Origin: Leucoraja ocellata
Lineage: Eukaryota
DNA length: 64,000 nucleotides
Reading direction: 5' to 3'
NCBI GenBank assembly: GCA_036785375.1
Contig: JAWMAR010000090.1
Coordinates: 1,550,001 to 1,614,000, forward strand
Shown: positions 23,561-35,604 of the stretch, piece by piece
How the letters are laid out: the number at the start of each line of letters is the position of its first letter
How positions within the stretch are numbered: the stretch's first letter is position 1
Notes under the pieces: model-generated
Seen by the model: the letters and a program-made list of their open reading frames with translations, nothing else
The model's database searches: none
What the model was told of the DNA's origin: nothing
Translations under genes and position numbers: made by a program

Positions 23561-24847
23561 AACCCCTTTCTCACGGGGCGACTTGACGCAAGAGTTAACC
23601 AGAGTTGAACATCGTGGGAACCTCTTGCGATAACCGTACGGCATTCGTGGACCACTGTGGCGCTAACGGCAGGTACTTGTGTAACTTGGTGACTCGGGAG
23701 AAAATTCAAACAAGCTTGAATTTCTCCAAGAGTGACTTGTACACTTGTGGTTGAACATTGCAACATTATATGCACGTAGTGGCCAGTGCGATATCCGTAC
23801 TGACTCTTGCGTGTACCGTGGGAACTCCTGCGAACGGTGAACCCGGAAGCTGGACAGAGGGGACAGAAGGTGAGTAAAAATTGTCTTCTGTGGGATTGAA
23901 TTTAAAAAATAAAGATTTGCATCCGCATATGGACATCAACTTATTCATGAGTTATTTTAATGAGATTCAAGAAAATAACTATAATCTTTAAAAGGGACTT
24001 TACTGAAAGGTCTCGCATTTTTATGGTCCGTGAGAAATGTTTTCACATGTACGTCTTTGAGAGATAGATGCTGCTTGGCCCGCTGAGTTACTCCAGCATT
24101 TTGTGTCTAACTTGCTGATTCAGACAGTTTTTGATTATCAAGGATTCTGCGCTGACTCTTTACTCTGAAACGCACGTTGGAAATTTAAACTTGGGCGCAA
24201 CTAACATCGTCTTACTACCGTGGGAACTCTTTAACTCAGCGGGCAGGCAGCAGTTAATTGTTGCTCCCTTCAGTTTCCCAGGGGGTCGGGACGGGACTGG
24301 AGTTGGGAGGGAAAGGTGGGGGAGTCGAGGGAGAGGAGGGGGAGACAGATGGGGGTGTCTTCATTTACTGGCGGTGGGTGTCTGTCACTGAAACAGGCAG
24401 GTGAGATTTCACATCCACCTTGTGTGTGCCTCTCTCTCTCTCTCCCTCCCTCCCTCTCACACAGGCTGAGAGACTCTGCCTCTGTGAGTGTACGTCTCTT
24501 TCTCCCCCTCTCCCACACACAGTAAGACCGAGGTACTGTGCTCAGTCCATCTGTGTCTCCCACATACACAGTAAAACTCTGCTCTGTGTGTGTATATACG
24601 TCTCCCCTCATTTCTCTCTCCCCCCATCATTTGTGCCACGTGATGATTTAATTACACTTGACAGTTTACAATGTCTTTCAAGATTTAACGGGAAAGCTCA
24701 GGAGACGGATAAGTCACTCGCACAAATAACAGAGTACCGTGGGAACTCTTTGTCTACCCCCCCGTTATATCTTGTGATATCGTGCTAGACCACGACCACT
24801 TCACTCTGGTTACATCTTGCGTCAAGTCGCCCCGTGAGAAAGGCCTA
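23561..24847. mobile_element. Harbinger/PIF-like non-autonomous DNA transposon (1287 bp)
   Basis: TIR CCTTTCTCACGGGGCGACTTGACGCAAGA at both ends and TTA TSD at 23558-60 and 24848-50. It splits a Penelope-type repeat. Confidence 0.88.
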
Positions 24848-26431
24848 TTAACCATCATCTGCAGTCATCGTCAATAACTTACACCACTCCCTCCGTTATG
24901 GTCTGTTCCTGTGATTTCTTGTTATAAAGATTAAGACATGTAAAATATGCTTTAGTTAAATAAACATCTGGATTTCCTGGGAACCCAGTGTGAAATGTGC
25001 ACTTGCACACGGCAGAGAATTAGTGGTTTAATTAGTGGATATTTTTCCATTCTCCAGCTATAAAATCTAATTTATACTCTTATTGAAAACACCTTGGAGT
25101 AGAAATTGTTTCCTGTCACGTGTATTAAATGTATAATATAGGACAGTTTTACTTTGTTTCTGATATTTTTATTTCTATTTTATTAAAGACATGATTGTAT
25201 TGTACTCATAATGCGAGGGTGAATTTTTATCCTATTAATTCCAAAAGGAGAATGTGTAACCCGTGAATGTGCTTAAATTACCGCTGCATGTTCAAGTAAC
25301 TTCAGGATCCGATGGCCATGATAAATGAATAGCAATTACTCTGGGGGAGCTGCTTGTTGACTTATATTACAACATAAAGCAATTAAAGAAAGTATTTCCA
25401 CATGCTTAGGCAAAAATGTTTTCCCCATGTTAAAGAGCACCCAGCTTGATCTTTGTAATTTTTGAAAAGGTTTTGAGGGTGATTTGTTTCTACCTTTTAA
25501 CCAAATCTCAATTTGATCCAGTATATTATTATCTCCAATTGACAATGCTGCAATGACATGTTGCTTTACAACAAATTCAATTACTATTGGCATTGGAAGA
25601 AGATCTGAATGTGGCTGTTTTTTTTATCTGCGTTTACTGAGATTTAAGTAAGAAGAGGTATTTGTAAGGTTGTCTGAGGACTTGCACTCAAATTATGAGA
25701 ACAGGTTGAAAGGTAACATTTTGCCTACTTTTGACCTATTACCTGGAATATCAAAATATGCCACTATTTTCTTATTGTTTAAACATGCTACCTTTTTCCA
25801 CACATTACCAGAAGGGAGGAGTTGTCCACAAAATGTTAAACATGTTAACCTGGTACCAGGAATTATGCATCATTATCCTTCGGAATGGTCATTCTGAAAT
25901 AGTGGGGAAAAACAACCCATCTCACAACCTGATGCTTAATAATTGAAGAAAAGGACATAGCTGTGATTGTTCCAAATTAATTGTATATTAAATCCAAATA
26001 AATATTATCCTGTCTGCTTCCAAGCTAAATATAAAAATCCAAATTAATAAATGGCTCGAGTTTCATGCTCGAGTTTGAATGACTGTCATGGCTTTGAACT
26101 GTGTCATGACGCTGAAACCAGAGAAAGCAGTTGTGGGTGGAAGTTATTGTTTAACTTGCAATCTAAAAAAAAATTGCAGCTGGATGTTTGGTTCCATTGA
26201 TTTTTTTAAATTGGCAGAATGTAATATGTAACAGTAGAATACCCTGCTGTTCAGTTTACCATTAATCATGTGGCATGGATGCTGGTGGGAGATATTATTG
26301 ATGTTGATGCTGAGGGATAATAGATTGTGAAAAGAAACTGATGGACAGATGGAACACTGAGTTACACTGAGGGTAGTGGTGCTTTTATTTGTTGGGTGAA
26401 ACAGTTGAAGGAAAGAATAATATGTCTGTCT

Positions 26432-26607
26432 GTAACCCATTAGTAACCTATTCCTTCTCCCCAGAGATGCTGCCTGTCCCACTGAGTTGCTCCAGCATTT
26501 TGTGTCACCCATTCCTTCTCTCCAGAGATGCTGCCTGCCCCGCTGAGTGACTCCAGCATTTTGTGTCGACCTTCGATTTAAACCAGCATCTGCAGATCTT
26601 TCCTACA
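26432..26607 (+). mobile_element. Penelope-derived short insert with internal tandem duplication
   Basis: Flanking direct repeat ATAATATGTCTGTC; two tandem copies of the ATTCCTTCTC..GATGCTGCC..CATTTTGTGTC unit. Confidence 0.8.
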
Positions 26608-26859
26608 TATAATATGTCTGTCCATGTGGGTTAGGAGAAGGAAAGGATTTAAGCTGGAAGAGAATATCTCTGCAAGGTAGGATGCTTAGGATTAGTGTAT
26701 TAGACACTGCAAACAGTGTGTACGGCAGGGGCAGATTGAGTGCATGAAGCCACACCAGCAGAAGCTATAATGTTCTCGCCGCAGTTCCACAACCCATGCA
26801 TTCCCGCAGCCTTCATGCAATTGAAATTGAGCAACACAGCCAAAAAATCCCATGTTTCA

Positions 26860-28448
26860 TCACCCCGCTGCACGAGAAGGGAGCAAAGCAGAATCGTGGG
26901 AACTATCAGCCGGTTAGTCTGACTTTGGTGGTTGGTATGATTTTACTGTCCATTATAAAGAATGAGGTTGCGGAGTACTTAAGTCCACGATAAAATAGGG
27001 CAAAGTCAGCATGGCTTTGTGAAGGGGAAGTCTTGCCTGACAAATTTGCTGGAATTGTGTGAAGAAGTAACTAGCAGGACAGAGAAAGGAGAGTCAGTAG
27101 ATGTTGTATACCTTGATTTTCAGAAATCCTTTGATAAGGTGCCACAGGTGAGGCTACTAAGGAAGATCCGAGCCCATGATATCAAAGGGCAGGTACTGGC
27201 ATGAATTTCAGGTTGGCTGAATGACAGAAGGCAGAGAGGCAATAAAGGGGGCTTTTTCTGCTTGGATGCCAGTGACTAGCGGAGTTCCACAAGGCTCTGT
27301 GCTGGGGCCACTGCTCTTCACGTTGTATATTAATGATTTGGATGAGTGGATTGAAGGCTTTGTGGCCAAGTTTGCAGATGGTACGAAAATAGGTGGAGGG
27401 GCAGGTCGTGTAGAGAAAGCAGTGACTGCAGAATGACTTGGATAGGTTTGGAGAGTGGGCAGATAAATGGCAGCTGGAATGTAGTGTAGCAAGGTGTGGA
27501 ATCATGCATTTTGGTAGTAGGAATAAAGTAGGATTCTTTTCTAAATGGGGAGAGAATCCAGAAATCGGAGGTGCAAAGGGACTTGGTGCATGATTCCCAA
27601 AACGTGAATCTGCAAGTCGAATCAGTAGTAAAGAAAGCAAACTCAATGCTAGCATTTATTTAGAGAGGGCGTATCTACAAAAACGGGGATGTAATGCTGA
27701 GGCTCTAAGGTGCTATTTAGGCCGCATTTGGAATATTGTGAGTTATTTTACGCACCATATCTGAGGAAGGATGTGCTGACTCTGGAGAGGGTCCAGAGGA
27801 GGTTTACAAGAATGATCCCAGGAATGAGTAGGTTAACATATGATGAGCGTTTGACGGCACTGGGCCTACAGTCGCTGGAGTTTAGAAGAATGAGGTGTTG
27901 TCTCATTGAAACGTACAGAACAGTGAAAGGCTTGGATAGAGTGGATGTGGAGAGGATGTTTCTACTAGTGGGAGAGTCTAGGAATAGAGGTCAAAGCCTC
28001 AGAATTAAAGGACATTCTTTTAGGAAGGAGATGATGAGGAATTTCTTTAGTCAGAGGGTGGTGAATCTGTGGAATTCTTTGCCACAGAAGGCTGTGGAGG
28101 CAGTGTCAGTGGATATATTTAAGACCGAGATAGATAGATTAGATAGATAGACACAAAATACTAAAGGGGACAGTTTAAGATTGAGGGGTAAGCCATTTTG
28201 AACGGAGACGAGGAAACACTTTTTCGCACAGAGAGTTGTGAGCCTGTGGAATTCTCTGCCTCAGAAGGTGGTAGAGGCCGGTTCTCTGGATACTTTCAAG
28301 AGAGAGCTAGATAGGGCTCTTAAAGATAGGGGAGAAGGCAGGAACGGGGTACTGATTGTGGATGATCAGCCATGATCACATTGAATGGTGGTGCTGATTC
28401 GAAGGGCCGAATAGCCTACTCCTGCACCTATTGTCTATTGTATATTGC
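26860..28448 (+). mobile_element. CR1 LINE RT domain and 3' end (two joined pieces)
   Basis: GNYQPVSLT, KSCLTNLLE, YLDFQKSFDKVP, GVPQGSVLGP, YINDL and KFADG with frameshifts; (CTATTGT)n tail. Confidence 0.93.
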
Positions 28449-28454
28449 TACAGG

Positions 28455-28880
28455 AGATGCAACATTTGTCCCTATACCTCCTCCCTTGACTCTATCCATG
28501 GATCCCGACAGTCCTTGCAGGTGAGACACAGGTTCACTTGCACCTCCTCCATCTCAGCTACTGTATCCACTGTCCTAGATGTGGACTCTATATATTGGCG
28601 AGACTAAGCGCAGACTGAGCGATCATTTCGCTGAGCACCTTCGCTCAGTCCGCCTTGGCCTATGCGATCTCCCCGTTGTCAAACACTTTAGCTCCCCCTC
28701 CCATTCCCATACTGACCTTTCTGTCCTGGGCACATCCACTGTCCTATTGAGGTCACACGCAAATTGCCGGATTAGTACCTTGTATTTCGCTTCGGTAACT
28801 CAGAAACCAATGGTATGAATATTGACTTCTCCAAATTCAAGTAACCCTCTCTCCATCCCTCCCCCACCCTAGTCATCCTA
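28455..28880 (+). pseudogene. Penelope-like element GIY-YIG endonuclease fragment
   Basis: LYIGETKRRLSDHFAEHLRSVR..LPVVKHF..PSHS is typical of the PLE GIY-YIG domain; frameshifted. Confidence 0.85.
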
Positions 28881-29712
28881 CATGGAAACGTGAGAGTGCT
28901 TCTGGATTTAATTATACCACTGCGCATTTGACTACTCCAGATATTACTGTTTCACAGTGTAATGACAGCCAGTGATAACAGTTTCTCATTACTACTGCTG
29001 GAAAGCCTAAATGCTAGAAAACAATTTTAAAATTGGCGTTAGAAGTACTTAGATTAGAAATTGTTTTTATTTATGACACTTTATCAGACCTGCAGGTTTA
29101 CTTTTTGCAAATTAGTTGAAACTCTTTGTAGATAGTAACCAATCAATTTTCTTCTATGTTAACGGGATACTCTTTTTAAAAATGTTATAGTCGATATGCT
29201 GGAGAGATGGCCTACTCTCGATATGTCTGGAGTTATATTGTGGCCAAGCACTGGGAAATGTTCAGTTTTTACACACCTCATGATCTCATTTTCCATGTAA
29301 ACAGAGCGAATTTGGATATAAAGATGACAGAGTGATATTTTTAAACTGCCTTTGACTAATTGGTGTAAAAAGAAATAACTCCTGGTTGTGCTGTACCTCT
29401 CGGATTCCTCTGATCTGTACGCCTTCATTGGAAGGTTATGATTGTGACTTGACTAATTTCGCTCTAAAAAACATGCATTTCTCCTGACTAAGCAGCGGTC
29501 AGCTTGCTACATATCACATTTCGCAATCTTAGCTTGAACTGACCGAAATGAGATTTAGATGCTGTTGGAGCTCAGGACTGATTTCATAATAGAAGCCAGA
29601 TTGATCAAACATTATGCATACTGATTATTTTGCAACATTAACATGCCTAGCTTTCATTGATGATTGTCAGTCTATATTATCTAAATGTATATGAACATTG
29701 CGGGAAACTGGA

Positions 29713-29974
29713 TTTAGTTTAGTTTAGTTTGGCGATATAGCGTGGAAACGGGCCCATCGGCCCCCAGTCCACACTGACCAGCTGTCACACATACACTAGT
29801 TCAATCCTACGCATTGGAGACAATTTAGAGAATGTGGGAGAAAACCAGAGCACCCAGAGAAAGTCCACAGGGCCACAAGGAGAACGTACAAACTCCATAT
29901 GGACAGCACCCATAATCGGGATCAAAGCCAGGTCTCTGGCGCTGTAAGGCAGCAGTTCTACCACTGCGTTGCCC
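29713..29974 (-). mobile_element. HE1-type V-SINE
   Basis: (TTTAG)n tail, V-domain and head in reverse complement. Confidence 0.85.
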
Positions 29975-30009
29975 TCATTTGACAAGGCCTCTCAGCTCAT
30001 AGTGAGGGA

Positions 30010-30431
30010 TACAAGCTGATTGGAGTGAAGTGCTTTTATGGGAACTGACATTTTTGTGGCAGCTTATTCAGGTGATGTGCCAGCGCAAGGAAGCAAAGGT
30101 TTTTAATCTTTCTTTTGGAACCACAGACCACAAGGACCTTCAAGATCATGAGTACAAAAGCTGCATTTCCTGTGATAATTGGAGTCTGGCAGGATTCCCG
30201 AGGGGGCTGAAACTGACTCACTGACTGCTTTCTGCTTTGGGGCGGCTCTGATTGGTACTCTCACAACAGCGAGGTCTAGGTCTGCCTCTCAAAAGCAGTC
30301 TCCTGCAGTCCTAGAGCAAGCTTTTGGTGTGCACACTGGATGCCTGGCATATTTTCTGTGTACTTCAATGGAACTAAATTACGAATCCGAAGCAAAGTAT
30401 CGTGAATCTGTGGGATTTCAGTCATTAGCAG
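30010..30431 (+). promoter_or_regulatory. Candidate internal promoter / 5' UTR of the alternative exon
   Basis: Unique, TE-free sequence with inverted CCAAT boxes (CTGATTGG; ATTGG at 30019-23 and 30251-55) and a GC box GGGGCGG at 30239-45, directly upstream of the alternative ATG. Confidence 0.5.
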
Positions 30432-30486
30432 ATGGCTCTGCTGGAACCAGAGAGGAACATTGCGTTAGAAAGTAGTTTTAAATCAG
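30432..30486 (+). CDS. MRTFB: Putative alternative first coding exon of MRTF-B (MALLEPERNIALESSFKS + G), myocardin/BSAC-type N-terminus
   Basis: ATG 30432 with G at -3 and G at +4, 18 codons, then phase-1 donor CAG|GTGAAT. Splices in frame to 52855 to give ...SSFKS-VLQLRLQQRR. Resembles recalled BSAC MTLLEPE... and myocardin ...SKFRSVLQLRL. Confidence 0.8.
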
Positions 30487-30990
30487 GTGAATGTCTTTTA
30501 TTTTAAGGCCACATTTCTTAGTATGGAGTAAAACGTTTGATTTGTACACACAACACAACTAATATAGACTCTATTGACTTTTCAGCCTGCATTGTCAGTT
30601 GTTTAAGGAAACTGGAACATTTAGCATTGAAGCAGTATGTTCAGAGACTGAACCTAGTACAATAACTTTTACTACCAGGTTGAGGCATTAAGATGATCAA
30701 ATGAAAATGTGAACTGTTATATCGTGTGGGGCTTTGCCTGAAATGCAGTGTAGCTTTACACTCAAATGACAAAATCAAAGTTTGACTTATTTGACTTGAA
30801 CTTATTAAGATGTTGAGAAACGTTGATCGTAGATCCTAAAATGATTAATGTTATTCATAAAGGACTGGGATCTGTCAATAAAATTGCTTCAAACTAGTCA
30901 AATGTAAAATGATAAGATCTTTCATAGGTAGACAAAAATACTGGAGGAACTCAGCGGGTGAGGCAGCATCTATGGAGAGAAGGAATAGGC

Positions 30991-31018
30991 GACGTTTCGG
31001 GTCAAGACCCTTCTTCAG
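30991..31018 (-). ncRNA. Minimal hammerhead-like core (intact) in Penelope-type insert ~30925-31020
   Basis: Minus strand reads CTGAAGA-A-GGGT-CTTG-ACCC-GAAA-CG-TC. Confidence 0.65.
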
Positions 31019-33019
31019 AAGAAAGTCTTTCACATGGATGATTTGTTTTGGATGAACTTGTATGCCTTTTGTGTCCACTCATCAGAGTTTATATTTGTGT
31101 TCGCATATGTAAAGAATATTTTTGAATTGCTGACAACATACTTGCTGTTTGATTTCATTTAAAGTGAAAAATTAGGCAAATTGTCTTGTTACTGAGCGTG
31201 AGTTGTAGAACTCATGGGAGCAATTGTTATCAATTGTGTTTCTGTAGTCTTAATGGAAAACTAGTCTGCGGGATCAGTGTGAGAGCACAGGAATGTTCAC
31301 AGAGCGATATGAAAACATTTATGATGACAATATAGCCCGAGGGGATAGGAACCAGGTCATAAGGGGACATGTCAGAGGTTTCAGCCACACATTTAGGCAT
31401 TAGTAACAACATTCATTAAACGTTTTAAGATTGCTAAATCCACCAGGATTGCTGGGAACAAGTTATCCCCCTGGGTGTCACAATGAAATCCACCAGATTC
31501 AGAATTCATTGGTTCCTCAGAGTTACTTTCAGTATCAAAAATATAATCAGTTAAATGAAAAGTAGATTGCTGCCAGTTAGAATGGTCTAAAACATTTTTT
31601 TTTCTTTGTTTAGTTTTGAGCTATAAATCTTGTTGGGAAAAATAACAGGAAATTCACAACACACAGTTAATAATGTACAGCTGAGCCGGGAAGTTCAAGA
31701 GAGAGAGAGAGAAAGCCCGTGTGAGCCGTGAATGTCCAGAAGTTTAAACAAATGGCTGCTTTCCCTTAAACTACTGGTTACTTCAATGAACATGCAGGAT
31801 TTGAAAATTAAACTAACTGCAAGATGCTAGAGTTTGTACTTAACAAGATAATGTCTCCTTTAATGATCTGTACAATGCCAACCAACCATTCTGACTCAGA
31901 AAAATAATAATTTGATTTTTTGAGTGGTAAATTACTCTAAAAAGGTTTTACGAATCCCCAAATTAATTTGGGTTTTTCCCCTTTTGTTTTGAGACTTTGG
32001 CATTGCTGGCAAGGCTAGCTATGGTTGTCCATCCAGTGTTGTTCTTGAGATGATGGTGTGTTGCCTCATGAACCATCATGTATTGTCTTTCCGCTGACTG
32101 GATAGCACGCAACAAAACTTATCACTGTACCTCGGTACACGTGGCAATAAACTAAACTGGATCTGAACCAATGCTGTCTCTCTGTTGCTGCTGGTTCGGG
32201 AGTTCCAGCATTTGGATACAACCGTAATGAAGGAATGGCAATGTATTTTCAAGTCGGGAATGGTCAGCCTAGTCTGGCATGGTCCTGGAGAAGTGTGGCT
32301 AACTGTCGTTCCTGCTACAACCCAGGTCCAATTGCATATTTTAATGAATGTTGTCTGTTCCGATAGCTTTCATTGGATCCAGGGTTCTCAGCCTTTATTT
32401 CTATCACGTTGATGGAATCAAATTGACAGAATACTAGTTTAGGAATGGATGTAAGGAGAAAGCCATAATAGATTCTCCACTTGCTACTTCTGAGTAAACA
32501 TGAGTATAAATATTGCTGCATTGTCATTGGTACTTCGATGCTGGGCTTTATGGGAAGGGCTATGTTTAATGCCTAATCACATCCTGTGATCCTACCCTGA
32601 ACTATCCTGCTAATAGATCAAATCATTGCAATCTTTGAAGCACAATCATTTAATGCCATCTAAGAGGAGGAAGTCTTCCAGAGCCAAATTCCCCTTCAAA
32701 TGTTTGAGATGTCAATTCCCTTGCCCCCTGGGGAAATGGGTACTTTAAGGACTATGGGTCCTAACACCAGCTTGTTGGAAATGAAAAGTATCTGTACTCC
32801 AGAATTGGATTCGTGCTTTAGCTGATATTATTAGAGCATTGGAACCTACCAACCACTTGGAAATCATGTACAATAATCAAAACCAGCTCAATACAAGGAA
32901 TGAATCATCACCTATTCAGACTACTACTTTAGTTACTGGCAATTTCTTGCTGAAGTTTTGTTATGCTCTGCCGGAAGCATTTAGTTTGAGTTAGGGGTTT
33001 ATGCAGGAATTTGAATTTG

Positions 33020-34400
33020 AGAGACAAGTGTCAGTTGTCTTATGCACCCAAATAGAACAATGCAATTCTTACTTGCAGCAGAGCAACAGGTTTGTAAACA
33101 TGGTTATCAATAGATAACATAATAAACAAACAAAAAGATCCATAAATTAAAAAATCTATCATATTACAAAGCCCAAAGTCTCTTGTATAACCAATACAGT
33201 CGGTGGATTGAATTTTAGTTGGAGTTTGTAGTGTTAAACAGCCTGATAGTTGCTGGGAAGAAACTGTTCCTAAACCTGGACATTGCGACTTTCAGACTTC
33301 TATATCTTCTTCCCAGTGGCAGGAGTGAAACGAGAGTGTGAACCAGGGGTGAGGGTTATTGATGATGTATTTTTGGGTCAGTGCCTCCAATAGGTCCCCA
33401 TGATAGTGGAGAGGTCAGTACCTGTAATGGACTAGGCAGCGTCCACCACATTTTGTAATTTCTGAGTGTTCGAGTTGCCAAAATAGGCTGGGTTACAACC
33501 AGTCAATATGTTCTCCACGGTACACTGAACACAAGTTCAAGAGAATATTTGTCGACATACCAAAACTCTTCAATATCCCAAGAAAGTAGAGGCATTGAAT
33601 CATTTATTTATGATTGTATCAAAGTGCTGGTTTCAGGACAGATCTTCAGTCAGATCTCCTGCGGTGTTGACACTTGTTTGTTTGTTGGGGTTCCTAATGT
33701 TGAACGCCAAGCTGTAGGTGATGAACAACGTTATGTTTTTATCGTCCAATGGTCCAGTGCATGGTGTAGAGCCAGCGAGGACGGATGCCCCATTGATCTA
33801 TTGTGGTGGTAGGCAAATTTAATGGGCCCAGGTTCTTGCTAAGGTAGGAGTTGATATGCAGCATAACTAACCTCTCAAAGTACTTTGTCACTACAGATGT
33901 TAGTGCCACCGGTTTGTGGTCATTTGTGCATGCCACCTTACTCTTTTTGGACACTGGTATTATTGATGCTCTTTTAAAGCAGATGGGGAGCTCAGTAATG
34001 AGACTGAAGATGTCCACAAAAACTCCAACCAATTAGTCTGCACAGGTTTTGATAACACAACTCGGTACACCATCAGGTCCAGTCACTTTCCAAGGGTTCA
34101 TCCTCCAGAAGGATCTTCTGTCGTTGGCCTCAGGACTGAGATTGCACTACCATTAGGGGGATTTGGGGGCCTGAGAAGGCACGTTGTTATTCTCCCTATC
34201 AAAGCATGCATAAAATGCATTGCGCTCGTCTGGGAGTGATGCCTCGCTATCGCTTGAGCTGCCACTTGGTTTTGCATTGTAGAACGTGATAGCTAGCAAG
34301 CCCTGCCACAGCCGCCAAACTTCCGTCTCATCCTCCAATTCATAGCAAAAGTCCCTCTTAGCCTTTGATGCCTTTATTGAGATTGAACGTGAACTTTTCA
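33020..34400 (-). mobile_element. Rex1/Babar-like LINE remnant
   Basis: Minus-strand peptides CFKRASIIPVSKK..NDHKPVALTSVVTKYFERLV and RLWQGL..LPDERNAFYACFD. Confidence 0.8.
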
Positions 34401-34943
34401 AGGGTTTTTATTGGCATTTAGGGAGGCACACAAGATCCTTAATATTACATGGCAAACGTGCATAAGTATCTAGAACCTTGTTTTTTTTTTAGATGAATAT
34501 TCGGATGGCCTGTGCCCTTGAGCGTCCTGTTTTGAAATTGTCCTGTCTTCAGGCAAAATTACAATTTTGATCCAAATATGAACGCATGATTAGAATTCCA
34601 GAGATGAAGTAAGAATAACTTATTTTTACATTAAGAATCCATTCAATTAAATGTCTTAATTTAGGGTGCCCGATAAAACTGAAATTGATGAAGTTGAAGA
34701 GAAATCTCTTCATTGGCTGTAGTCATAACAACACGAGCAAAGGTCATTGAGTTTGGTGATGACCAGTCATCTCAGCCTTAGCGTAATGCGATGGTTTGCG
34801 AGCACTGTTTAAATCTGTTCACCATTTGGAAATTTGTAGTTAAAATCAGTATGTTTGAATACTTATTCAAAATAATTTATCAAAGCAAAAAATACGTATA
34901 CTTCATATTCTCCCTGATCGCGAAGATTCTATGTAGAATTCTA

Positions 34944-35223
34944 CATCGGCGAGACCAAGCGCAGGCTCTGCGATTGCTTCACTGAACACCACCGCTCAGT
35001 CCGTGTTAACCAACCTGATCGCCCGGTGGCTCAGCACTTCAACTTCCCCTACCATTCCCAATCCGACCTTTCTGTCCTGGGCCTCCTCCATTGCCAGAGT
35101 GAGGCACAGCGCAAATTGGAGGAACAGACTCTGAAGAAGGGTCTCGACCCGAACCGTCGCTTATTCCTTCTCTCCATAGATGCTGCCTCACCCGCTGAGT
35201 TTCTCCAGCATTTTATGTCTACC
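34944..35223 (+). mobile_element. Internally deleted Penelope-like element: GIY-YIG fragment fused to hammerhead-bearing terminal repeat
   Basis: YIGETKRRL..PVAQHFN..LSVLGLLHCQSEAQRKLEEQ runs directly into CTGAAGAAGGGTCTCGACCCGAAC. 10-bp TSD TAGAATTCTA at 34934-43 and 35224-33. Confidence 0.9.
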
Positions 35224-35410
35224 TAGAATTCTAGGAGCCGATTTTACATCCTTGGGACAGCTCAGCCTCAAGACTGACTGTGACTCGGTATTTTCTTTTC
35301 ACATTGTTTAAACAAGCAATAAACAAAATAACAAAGAAATCTAGGTGTGCTGACCTAAAGCCTCTTATTTTTAAATTCGTAAAAGTTTGCTGGAGCTATT
35401 ATAGTAATTA

Positions 35411-35604
35411 ATTATAGACACAAAAAGCTCAGCGGGACAGGCAGCATCTCTGGAGAGATTTCAGGTCGAGACCCTTCTTCAGAGTCTCGATCTGAAACCG
35501 TCACCCATTCCTTCTCTCCAGAGATGCTGCCTGTCCCGCTGAGTAACTCTAGCTTTTTGTGTCTATCTTAGGCTTAAACCAGCATCTGCTGTTCCTTCTT
35601 ACAC
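35411..35604. mobile_element. Fold-back Penelope-derived insert
   Basis: Inverted arms around 35480; flanking direct repeat ATAGTAATTA. Confidence 0.8.
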
